DNA from: an uncultured Alphaproteobacteria bacterium
GTDB taxonomy: Bacteria > Pseudomonadota > Alphaproteobacteria > Acetobacterales > Acetobacteraceae
DNA: 64,000 nt
Assembly: GCA_963797305.1 (NCBI GenBank)
Contig: CAWCOW010000003.1
Coordinates: 856,043 to 920,042, forward strand
Direction: 5' to 3'
The notes beneath the pieces are model-generated. The model saw only the letters and a program-made list of their open reading frames with translations. It was not told the DNA's origin and ran no database searches. Made by a program: the position numbers and the translations under genes. Below, one piece after another: positions 55,921 through 64,000 of this stretch (position 1 is the first letter of the stretch; each line of letters starts with the position of its first letter).

Positions 55921-56301
55921 TCAGGGCATCTTCTCGACCCATTGCGCACGTGAAGGTCCCGGCTCGAACGGATCGCCGAAATACTGAGTCTCCCGGGCCA
56001 CCTTGCCGTCGAGGAACTCCATGATGCTGACAGTGTAAGACGGCCGCCCGTCATAGGTTATGACATACTCGGTGACCCAAAGGTCGCCCGCGCCGATAAT
56101 CCGCCGCACGGCGAAGCGTTTCCGGTTCGGCTGCGCGGTGCGGGACCACTGGATCTTCTGCCGCCCACGGATGCGCTCGCCCGATTGCGGATATTCGAGC
56201 ACCGCGTCCTCCCGGTAGATCCGGTGCTCCGCCTCGAAGTCATTCGTATCGGAGGCGGCCCAATGGCGATCCAGGGCTGCACGAATCTCTTGGTCTTGCA
56301 T
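55921..56301 (-). CDS. NTF2/SnoaL-like protein
   Basis: IY.EDAVLEYPQSGERIRGR, GAGDLWVTEY, VSIMEF.DGKVARETQYF.DPF; GGAGG RBS. Confidence 0.9.
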   Translation of the reverse strand: MQDQEIRAALDRHWAASDTNDFEAEHRIYREDAVLEYPQSGERIRGRQKIQWSRTAQPNRKRFAVRRIIGAGDLWVTEYVITYDGRPSYTVSIMEFLDGKVARETQYFGDPFEPGPSRAQWVEKMP

Positions 56302-56630
56302 TCTCACGTCCTCCCTTGACCATCGCCGTCACTGTTCAGCGGTTGCCCGGGGAAACACCGGGCTCCTGCGGATGGTTTTTGAACGCTCGCCGATCATCGG
56401 ATGCCTGCATCTTCATCAAACCGGCGCTTCCCGTTGCCCCGCAGATGGACGGACCAGTTATCGTGCCCTTGTCGATGACCGGGCCAGACCCGAGCGTCTG
56501 GTCCCCTCGCCCTTTACAGCGATCCATTCATCGTGATGTGCCAAGCCACAATACCGGCATCCGCGTTGCACTCTGATTAAACCGGCCATGCATCCCGGGC
56601 AGGTCACCCGGCTGACGAAGGGACATCCAG

Positions 56631-58088
56631 ATGTCGCAGACAGGACTCATGACGCGGAAATCCGTGGATGAATGCATGAAAAGCGGCGACGCCGAGGGCG
56701 TCCAGCTTTCCAAATCCCTCGGCGTGGTCAGCATCACCTCGATGGGCATCGGCGCCATCATCGGCGCCGGCATCTTCGTGCTGACCGGCACGGCGGCAGC
56801 GCGCTATGCCGGGCCGGCGATCATGCTGTCCTTCGTCCTCGGCGGCATCGTCTGCGCCTTCGTCGGGCTGTGCTACTCCGAGCTGGCCGCGATGATCCCG
56901 GTCTGCGGCAGCACATACACTTATACCTACGCGACGCTCGGCGAGATTTTCGCCTGGATCATCGGCTGGGACCTGATCCTGGAATACGCGATGGGTGCGG
57001 CTACCGTCGCCGTCGGCTGGTCCGGCTACATCAGCAGCCTGCTGAAGAATTTCGGCATTACCATACCCCCGGAGTGGGCGGCGGCGCCGGGCACCGCGGT
57101 CAAGCTGGCAGACGGCACCGCCGCCACCGCCATCCTCAACCTGCCCGCCGCACTGATCGTCGCCGCCCTGACCGCCATGCTGATCTTCGGCACCAAGGAA
57201 TCCTCCCGCCTCAACAACATCATGGTCGCGGTCAAGCTGGTCGTCGTGGTGGCGTTCATCGCATTGGGAGCATTCTTCGTGAACCCGGCGCACTGGCATC
57301 CGCTGATCCCCGACAACAAGGGCAGCTTCGGCGAATACGGCCTCAGCGGCATCCTGCGCGGTTCGGGCGTGGTGTTCTTCGCGTTCATCGGATTTGACGC
57401 CGTCTCCACCGCCGCGCAGGAGGCGCAGAAGCCGCAGCGCGACATGCCCATCGGCATCCTCGGCTCGCTGGTGATCTGCACGGTACTGTATATCCTGGTG
57501 TCGGCGGTGCTGACCGGGCTGGTGCCGTATACCGAGCTGAACGTTCCCGACCCGATCGCCAAGGGCGTCGATGTCATCGGCCTGACCTGGTTCTCCATTC
57601 TGATCAAGATCGGCGCACTGGCGGGTCTGACCACGGTGATCCTGGTGTCGCTGTACGGCCAGGGACGGATTTTCTACACCATGTCGCATGACGGGCTGCT
57701 GCCGGGGTTCTTCAACAAGATCCATCCCACGCTGCGCACGCCGTTCCTCAGCCAGATGCTGATCGGCTTCCTCGTCGCCTGCGTCGCGGCGCTGGTGCCG
57801 ATCTCGGTGCTGGGGGAGCTGGTCAGCATCGGCACGCTGTTCGCGTTCGTGCTGGTGTGCGCCGCGGTGATCTACCTGCGCCGCTCCGACTCCGAGGTGT
57901 TCCGCCCGTTCCGCGTGCCCGGCGTGCCGGTGGTGCCGATTTTGGGGATCCTGTTCTGCCTGCTGCTGATGGCGGGGCTGCCGGCGGTGACCTGGCTGCG
58001 GCTGGCGGTTTGGCTGGCCGTCGGGATGGTGATTTATGTCGCCTATGGCCGGAAGCACTCGACGCTGCGCTACGGGAGGAGCCATTGA
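56631..58088 (+). CDS. APC family amino acid permease
   Basis: MGIGAIIGAGIFVLTG, AGPAI, CYSELA, GSTYTY, IIGWDLILEY, FFAFIGFDAVST, ELVSIGTL.AF. Confidence 0.96.
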   Translation: MSQTGLMTRKSVDECMKSGDAEGVQLSKSLGVVSITSMGIGAIIGAGIFVLTGTAAARYAGPAIMLSFVLGGIVCAFVGLCYSELAAMIPVCGSTYTYTYATLGEIFAWIIGWDLILEYAMGAATVAVGWSGYISSLLKNFGITIPPEWAAAPGTAVKLADGTAATAILNLPAALIVAALTAMLIFGTKESSRLNNIMVAVKLVVVVAFIALGAFFVNPAHWHPLIPDNKGSFGEYGLSGILRGSGVVFFAFIGFDAVSTAAQEAQKPQRDMPIGILGSLVICTVLYILVSAVLTGLVPYTELNVPDPIAKGVDVIGLTWFSILIKIGALAGLTTVILVSLYGQGRIFYTMSHDGLLPGFFNKIHPTLRTPFLSQMLIGFLVACVAALVPISVLGELVSIGTLFAFVLVCAAVIYLRRSDSEVFRPFRVPGVPVVPILGILFCLLLMAGLPAVTWLRLAVWLAVGMVIYVAYGRKHSTLRYGRSH

Positions 58089-58122
58089 GTTCCGCAGTCC
58101 CGAAGCGGCCCGGACGATCCTG

Positions 58123-58460
58123 TTGGCGCCAACCTAAGCCGGGTTGAGCGTGGTCGTCGTTTTTGTGTCATGGCCGGGCTTGGCCCCATTCGTATCAGGA
58201 TAAGCGTCAGCGAGGGAAAAGTTTGGCCGGAGCATTGGTCTTTCACCGTCATGGCCCGGCTTGTCCGGGCCACCTATGCCAGCACGTGCCGCGACGGGTG
58301 GCCCGGACGAGCCGGGCCATGACGAATATGGAGAGCGCCGTGCTCCGCGAGACCCCTTATCCTGACGCCTCCAGGGCTTGGCCGGCCATGACACAACAGG
58401 AGAGGCCGTTCCGATCCCGCCAAGTTAAATCCTTTCTGAACCGGCCGGGCCATGACGGAA
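58123..58460. repeat. Cluster of REP arms including full REPIN (58247-58324)
   Basis: Full CGTCATGGCCCGGCTTGTCCGGGCCACC...GGTGGCCCGGACGAGCCGGGCCATGACG plus partial arms near 58157 (GTCATGGCCGGGCTTG), 58372-58392 and 58440-58460. Confidence 0.8.
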
Positions 58461-58596
58461 GGGGGGCAGCGTCCTGGACAAGCGTTCTCCCGGCATGGCA
58501 CGTTGGCGTACGAATGCTGGAAGAGGACCAACGCTTGCGGGCTTACACGACACCGGTCCCACCGCCCGGCGCGACCGGCACGGTAAGCGACGCGAT

Positions 58597-61089
58597 ATGA
58601 CGGGCGACAGTCCACTCGACGAAATGGGGGACGGCGCCGGCCAGGCGAAGCCGCACTGGCGCCCGCTGCTTTCGACCATGTTCGCGCTCGGCCGTGAAAC
58701 CCTGGCGGAACGGGCGCATCTGCTCGACCAGGCGTTCGCAGAGGAAGGCATCACCGCCATCCTGCCGGGGGAGCGCGCGGTCAACTGGCGCTGCGACCCG
58801 ATCCCGCTGCTGATCTCCGCCCCCGAGTTCGCCGCGCTGGAAAGCGGCCTGGCACAGCGGGCCGAGCTGATGGAGCTGATCCTCGCCGACATCTACGGGC
58901 CGCGGACACTGATGGCGGAGGGGCTGATCCCGCCCGATATCATTTACGGCAACCCGGCCTTCCTGCGTCCGTGCTGCTCCACCGACGGCGTGCGCCGCGA
59001 CCGCTATCTGTCGTTCTACGCCGCGGACATGCTGCGCGGGCCGGACGGCGCGTGGCGCGTGCTGGCGGACCGCACCGGCCAGGCGCAGGGCATCGCCTAC
59101 GCGCTGGAGAACCGCCGCATCCTCGCCCGCGTCGTGCCCGAACTGTTCCAGCACCAGAAGATCGAACCGCTGCGCCGCTATCTCGACATCACCAGTGAGG
59201 CGCTGCAAACGCTGGCCTCGGACGACGGCGCCGGTGTCGCGTTGCTGAGCAGCGGCCACGGCGACCCGCTATGGTTCGAGCACGTGCTGCTGTCGCGGGA
59301 GATGTCCATCGGCCTGGTCGAGGGCGGCGACCTGACCTTGCGCGACGGCAAGCTGTTCCTGAAGACGCTGCGCGGCCTGCAGCGCATCGGCGTGCTGTTC
59401 CGCCGCAAGGACGGCGACCGGATCGATTCGCTCGAACTGGCGTCCGGCACCGGCGTGCCCGGGCTGCTCGACGCGATCCGCGGCGGCTCCGTGCGCATGG
59501 TCAACGACGCCGGTTCGGCGCTGGCCGAGGCCCCCGCCCTCGCGGCGTTCCTGCCGGCGCTGTCCCGCCGCCTGCTGGGCGAGGATTTGCGGCTCGCCAG
59601 CCAGGCCACCCTGTGGCTCGGCGAGGGCGCGGTGGTGCGGACCGTGCTGCGCGACCTGGAGGGCTGGCTGATCCGCCCGGCCACCGACGGCAATTCGCGG
59701 CCGGTGGTGCCGATGATGCTGTCAGCGGCCGACCGCGAGGATCTGGCGGCGCGGATGGAGGCGAACCCCGCCGGCTGGGCGGCCTCGGTCGCCCCGGCGC
59801 CGTCCCTGGCGCCGTGCTCCGGGTCGGCCGGGCTGGAGGCCAAGCCGATCGCGCTGCGCATGTTCGCGACGTTCGACGGGACGCGGTGGCGGGCATTTCC
59901 CGGCGGCCTCGCCCGCGCCCTGTCGGAAGAAGACGCGCTGGCCGGGCGGCTGCCGCGCAACGCGGTGTCGAAAGACGTCTGGGTGATGGCCGATGAGACG
60001 AGCATGGTACAGAGCGTGCTCGGCCTGCTGACACCGACGCTGGCGATCCGCCGCACCGCGGGCGACCTGCCATCGCGCGTCGCCGACAATTTCTACTGGC
60101 TCGGCCGGTACCTGGAGCGCCTGGAGGAAGCGGCCCGGCTGCAACGGGCGGTGATCACGCGCATCCTGCGGCCGATGCCCTCGGCGCGGGAAGTGTCGGA
60201 ACTGGAAATCCTCATCGCCAGCCTGGGCAGCATCAAGATGATCGCCGCCGAGGATGTCAGCGTCGTCGGCATGAATATGCTGACCGCGGCGATTTTGAAG
60301 GCGTTCCGCCACAACGGCGGTATGCGCCGGACGCTCGCGCATGTGTCGCGGCAGGTCGAGACGCTGCGCGACCGGCTGACCGGGGAGATGCACGCGGTGC
60401 TGACCCGCTCCTTGCGGGAACTCGGCGAGACGATGCGCAAGCTGCCACCCGAGGCGAACGCGCGGACGCTGGAAGCCGCGTCGCATCTCACCTCCGAGAT
60501 CCTGGAATTCGCCGCCACCGTCGCCGGTCTGGCGGCGGAGAACATGGTGCGCGGCGGCGGGCGGCTGTTCCTCGATTTCGGCCGCCGGATGGAGCGGGCG
60601 CAGGCGATCGCGGCGGAGCTGCGGCAGGTGCTCGACCAGCCGGGGGCGGCGACCCAGCCGGGACGCGTCGAAACCGGGCTGCGGCTGGCGCTGGAGCTGC
60701 GGGATTCCGTCATCACCTATCGCACCCGCTATCTGGCGGTGCTGCAGCCGGCCCCGGCGCTCGACCTGATCCTGGCCGATGAGGGCAATCCGCGCGGCCT
60801 GGCGTTCCAGTTGGTCGCGGCGCGGGAGCTGCTGCGGGAGATCGTCGAGGACGGCGATTTGCTGCTGCTGGCGATGGAGCCACTGCTGCAGGAGACGCGG
60901 GATATCGTGCAGGACGTGCTGCGCTCGCCCGACCAGACGGCGGCGACCGCGCGGCTGCCGGCGCGGCTGCGCAAGCTGGACCATGCCATCGGCGCTGTCG
61001 GCGACCGGGTGTCGCGGCGGTATTTCACCCTGCTGCCGGTGGCGCGCAGCCTGGGCGTGGAAAGCGAGCCGCGGCGCGGGGCGGCGTGA
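58597..61089 (+). CDS. Circularly permuted type 2 ATP-grasp fused to alpha-E domain
   Basis: W..DPIPLLI, GL.QRA.L...IL.DIYG, DGAWRVLADRT, YALENR, RRKD..D.LEL, GVPGLL.A.R.G.V..VN..GS; alpha-E part has SRVADNFYWLGRYLER and FLDFGRRMERA. The start may be further upstream. Confidence 0.92.
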   Translation: MTGDSPLDEMGDGAGQAKPHWRPLLSTMFALGRETLAERAHLLDQAFAEEGITAILPGERAVNWRCDPIPLLISAPEFAALESGLAQRAELMELILADIYGPRTLMAEGLIPPDIIYGNPAFLRPCCSTDGVRRDRYLSFYAADMLRGPDGAWRVLADRTGQAQGIAYALENRRILARVVPELFQHQKIEPLRRYLDITSEALQTLASDDGAGVALLSSGHGDPLWFEHVLLSREMSIGLVEGGDLTLRDGKLFLKTLRGLQRIGVLFRRKDGDRIDSLELASGTGVPGLLDAIRGGSVRMVNDAGSALAEAPALAAFLPALSRRLLGEDLRLASQATLWLGEGAVVRTVLRDLEGWLIRPATDGNSRPVVPMMLSAADREDLAARMEANPAGWAASVAPAPSLAPCSGSAGLEAKPIALRMFATFDGTRWRAFPGGLARALSEEDALAGRLPRNAVSKDVWVMADETSMVQSVLGLLTPTLAIRRTAGDLPSRVADNFYWLGRYLERLEEAARLQRAVITRILRPMPSAREVSELEILIASLGSIKMIAAEDVSVVGMNMLTAAILKAFRHNGGMRRTLAHVSRQVETLRDRLTGEMHAVLTRSLRELGETMRKLPPEANARTLEAASHLTSEILEFAATVAGLAAENMVRGGGRLFLDFGRRMERAQAIAAELRQVLDQPGAATQPGRVETGLRLALELRDSVITYRTRYLAVLQPAPALDLILADEGNPRGLAFQLVAARELLREIVEDGDLLLLAMEPLLQETRDIVQDVLRSPDQTAATARLPARLRKLDHAIGAVGDRVSRRYFTLLPVARSLGVESEPRRGAA

Positions 61090-61130
61090 CCGGTCCTGAC
61101 AGACCGCTCCGCTTCGGCTAGACAGACGTC

Positions 61131-62015
61131 ATGCGATACCGCGTGCAACACACCACCCGTTACGCCTACGGCAGCCCGGTCGAGCTGGCGGCGCACATGG
61201 TGCACCTGCGGCCGCGTTCGCAGCCATGGCAGACGGTGATCTCCGAACGCATCTTTACTGATCCCGAGCCGGCGCGGCGGCGGGACGGGCTGGACCATTT
61301 CGGCAATTACGTGACCTGGCTGTTCCTCGACCTGCCGCATGCCGATTTCGAGGTGACGTCGGAATCGATCGTCGAGGTCGATCGGTGGCCTCCGGGCGAC
61401 CCGGCCGCCTCGCCGCGGTGGGAATGCGTCGTGGAGGCCGCGCGCATGCCGGAAGGCTGGCAGGCGGTCGAATTCCAGTTCGGTACGCCGATGGCGCCAA
61501 TCAATGCGGACACGAAAGCGTATGTCAGCGAGTCGTTCACGCCCGGGCGGCCGGCGCTGGAGGCGCTGCTGGAGCTGAACGAGCGGTTCTATGCCGACTT
61601 CCGCTTCCGCTCCGGCGTGACCACGCTGTCCACCCCGGTATCGCAGGTGATGGAGCGGCGGGAGGGCGTCTGCCAGGACTTCTCCCACGCCATGGTCAGC
61701 GGGTTGCGCGGCATCGGCATCCCGGCGCGGTACACGTCGGGCTATATCCGCACCAAGCCGCCGCCCGGCCAGGTCAAGCGCCAGGGCGCCGACCAGTCGC
61801 ACGCCTGGGTCGGCTGTTGGCTAGGGCCGGAGCTTGGCTGGATAGACGTCGATCCGACCAACGGCATCGTCATCCGGGACGAGCACGTGCTGCTCGGCTG
61901 GGGGCGCGACTACAGCGATGTCAGCCCGGTGCGCGGCGTGATTCTCGGCGGCGGCGACCACAGCGTGGTGGTTGGCGTGGACCTTGAACCGGTGGACGAT
62001 GAGGCGGCGGTTTGA
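61131..62015 (+). CDS. Transglutaminase-like protein with N-terminal bacterial TGase domain
   Basis: YRVQHTTRYAY, D.FGN, catalytic GVCQDFSH (Cys), ARYTSGY, SHAWV (His), DVDPTN (Asp), GRDYSDVSP.RG. Confidence 0.95.
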   Translation: MRYRVQHTTRYAYGSPVELAAHMVHLRPRSQPWQTVISERIFTDPEPARRRDGLDHFGNYVTWLFLDLPHADFEVTSESIVEVDRWPPGDPAASPRWECVVEAARMPEGWQAVEFQFGTPMAPINADTKAYVSESFTPGRPALEALLELNERFYADFRFRSGVTTLSTPVSQVMERREGVCQDFSHAMVSGLRGIGIPARYTSGYIRTKPPPGQVKRQGADQSHAWVGCWLGPELGWIDVDPTNGIVIRDEHVLLGWGRDYSDVSPVRGVILGGGDHSVVVGVDLEPVDDEAAV

Positions 62016-62016
62016 G

Positions 62017-62436
62017 TCACGACGCCGGAGATACGCGTGCCCAGAACTCGTCGAACTCCCGCGTGTCGAAAAAGGCTATCACGTTGACGGCCTTTCCTTC
62101 CGCCATCTGAAAATACCAGGTGTAGGTGTTGCGATAGGGCTGGCCGTCCCTTGCCGTCGCGGCGGCGTCGAACAGGATAATGACCATATCGCCGTCGCCA
62201 AAGATACCTCGCACCGTCGGCACCAGCGGCGTCGCCATGCGGGCGTTGAACGGGTTGATCACCTCATCAAGAAACGCCTGCCGCCCCAGGTAGGTCTTCG
62301 ACAGGGGGGACGAGCCTACGATCGTCCACCTGGTCTCGGGAACCAGGAGCTCGAACGGACTTCCGGTTCCGCTTCGCCAGCGATCAAAGCTCGCCTGCAC
62401 CAGCGCTTTGTTGCTGCCTGCTGTATGTTCTGTCAT
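62017..62436 (-). CDS. NTF2/SnoaL-like protein
   Basis: NKALVQASFDRW, GSSPLS.TY.G, GDGDMVII.FD..ATA.DG.PY.NTY.W, FFDT..F. Confidence 0.88.
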   Translation of the reverse strand: MTEHTAGSNKALVQASFDRWRSGTGSPFELLVPETRWTIVGSSPLSKTYLGRQAFLDEVINPFNARMATPLVPTVRGIFGDGDMVIILFDAAATARDGQPYRNTYTWYFQMAEGKAVNVIAFFDTREFDEFWARVSPAS

Positions 62437-62580
62437 GGGCAATGCCTCCAAATAAAAGGCTTCCGTGCGAGGGCTGAAATGAGTGGCCGCCAATCGCGCG
62501 CAACAGTTTGGCACGCCTTCAGCGAACATCAACCCGAAGCCGTTTGCCGCAAAGTCATGCCGGGGAGGCAGGATCTGCTG

Positions 62581-62741
62581 TCATACCAGTCCGCGTTGAG
62601 AGCGACTCTCGCCATAAACCGATAGGGGCCGGCTTGTCCGGGCCACCCTTCGAGGCTCGTGCTGGCGGCGCTGGCCCGGACAAGCCGGGCCAAGACGGGG
62701 AAGCGAGGATCGATGGGTCGAACTCAAGGCAGGTGGTATCA
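62581..62741. mobile_element. Composite MITE-like element, inverted copy (arm B - REPIN 62627-62697 - arm A')
   Basis: TCATACCAGTCCGCGTTGAGAGCGACTCTC, then REPIN with reversed spacer, then GGGTCGAACTCAAGGCAGGTGGTATCA. The right end is the HD-GYP gene stop codon. Confidence 0.6.
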
Positions 62742-63851
62742 GTGCGACGCGTTACCAACCGGGCCGGCATCAAGCAATATCGTCCGGAACACCCGCAGAA
62801 GCTGCTGATCGATCTGCTGCTTCATCTCCCCCGACATGATGGCAAGCGCCTTTTCAGACGTCATCGCGGCCCGGTAGACGCGGCGATCCGTCATCGCACT
62901 GAACACGTCCACGATCGTCGCCATGCGGGCCAATTCGTTGAGTTGCGAGCCTTGCAGGCCGTTCGGATACCCCGATCCATCCAGCTTTTCGTGATGTTGC
63001 TCCGCGATGGTGATGACCGTCGCGGGGATCGCAGGAATTGTCTTTAGAACTCTGGCCGTCTCGGTCACGTGGGTCTGCATGAGCGTCCGTTCGGCGTCGC
63101 TCAATGCCCCGGGCTTGTTGAGCAGTGCTTGAGGAATCGCCAGTTTGCCAACATCGTGCAGCAGCCCGCCGCTGGCCAGCGCCAGCAGGGCGGCATTATC
63201 CAACCCGCTTGCCTGGCCGAACAGAGTCAGTATGGTCGCCACGCGCAGGCTGTGCACATACGTATAATTGTCGTAGTTATTCACCGCCGACAGAATATTG
63301 CGGAAATCGTTATTGCCGATTGAAGTCACCAGCGGCTGGCAGGCATCGATTACGTGGTTGTATGTCGGCGGTATGCCCGTGGCGATGGTGTCCGCGAGGC
63401 CGTTGAAGACATCGACCGTCCCGCGCAGCGCCGCCCGTTGCGTCGCGGGCAGATCCTCCCAGGTCCGCTCGACGGTCCGGTTTCGCAGCGAGGAGATCGT
63501 CTTGATCAGCGCGCTCTGGCGATACGGCTTTGACAATGTCGCGTCCGCCCCGCATTCGAGCGCCGATGCGGCCACCGCTGCCGCTCTGGCGCGCGACGTC
63601 ACTATGATCGCCGTTTTCGCGAACAGGCTGTCCGCGCGCAACGCCCGCACGAACGCCAATCCGCCGCGGGGTGCGACCTGCTCATCGATGATCGCCACAT
63701 CGGGCGGCGCGGCGCGCAGGAAAGGCAGCGCCTGGTCGCAATCGGGGTAATCGCTCAGCCGATAGAGCGACCGCAGCGCCAAGGCAACTTGTCCACGATG
63801 GGCTGCGCTGCCATCCACGACCGAGACTTTGGCAATGCGGCCGGGGCACAT
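62739..63851 (-). CDS. Response regulator receiver + HD-GYP c-di-GMP phosphodiesterase
   Basis: REC domain: IIDEQ (Asp), IVTS, LSKPY. HD-GYP domain: YTYVHS.RV, LLHDVGK, QHHEKLDGSGYPNGL, VDVFSAMT.RRVYR. Start uncertain. Confidence 0.9.
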   Translation of the reverse strand: MCPGRIAKVSVVDGSAAHRGQVALALRSLYRLSDYPDCDQALPFLRAAPPDVAIIDEQVAPRGGLAFVRALRADSLFAKTAIIVTSRARAAAVAASALECGADATLSKPYRQSALIKTISSLRNRTVERTWEDLPATQRAALRGTVDVFNGLADTIATGIPPTYNHVIDACQPLVTSIGNNDFRNILSAVNNYDNYTYVHSLRVATILTLFGQASGLDNAALLALASGGLLHDVGKLAIPQALLNKPGALSDAERTLMQTHVTETARVLKTIPAIPATVITIAEQHHEKLDGSGYPNGLQGSQLNELARMATIVDVFSAMTDRRVYRAAMTSEKALAIMSGEMKQQIDQQLLRVFRTILLDAGPVGNASH

Positions 63852-64000
63852 GTCGTCCGCTACACGCCAACGCCAGGGTCGCCATTGCCACCGGACCCGC
63901 GGAGCGATCCTGGCAGCCGGGGAGACGACATCCGGTGCTGGCAATGCCTCAGTATCGGAGAATGATCGGCGCGGGACACGTGAATCCTCCAGAAAGTCAG

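Noticed and set aside
56308-56630. Riboswitch upstream of the amino-acid permease
   Set aside because: I recognised no glycine, lysine, SAM, TPP or cobalamin consensus. An Rfam scan would be decisive.
5793-62697. Repeats as a CRISPR array
   Set aside because: Copies are dispersed and palindromic with conserved spacers. There is no tandem repeat-spacer periodicity and no cas genes.

Overview
A GC-rich chromosomal window from an Alphaproteobacterium, most likely Acetobacteraceae (Rhodopila/Roseomonas-like). This assignment is inferred from the rpsA, motA and phaR sequences and the repeat family. About 55 genes are present, mostly metabolic or redox. Left end: sppA (cut by the window edge) and rpsA, then a DUF29 protein, an atypical LDH-fold dehydrogenase, an esterase, class I aldolase, CopC-like protein, DUF1028, transaldolase, a PPOX/F420-type protein and a FUSC-DUF1656-HlyD efflux trio. 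Next are motB-motA, with motB broken by two +1 shifts, and a polyhydroxyalkanoate cluster (phaR, a small ORF overlapping a short class III-like phaC, phaA, phaB) with a mazEF-type toxin-antitoxin pair inside it. The middle holds a periplasmic redox cluster: a Tat-exported Rieske protein, two convergent PQQ dehydrogenases that both carry the lanthanide-type D-x-D motif, a cytochrome c, three unknown exported proteins and an IorAB-type Mo enzyme. The right half has many catabolic enzymes, including a 536-aa unknown with four periodic His motifs and a CoA-transferase/thiolase-like/DUF35/quinone-reductase operon. It also has a Crp/Fnr regulator with an FNR-type box, MATE, MPG, an amino-acid permease, a cp-ATP-grasp/alpha-E plus transglutaminase pair and a REC-HD-GYP protein. 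Intergenic DNA carries at least 8 copies of a REP/REPIN-like palindrome, several nested in about 160-170 bp MITE-like shells whose ends coincide with stop codons. I saw no rRNA, tRNA, CRISPR array, transposase or phage genes. All protein assignments come from recognising motifs by eye; no database search was run.
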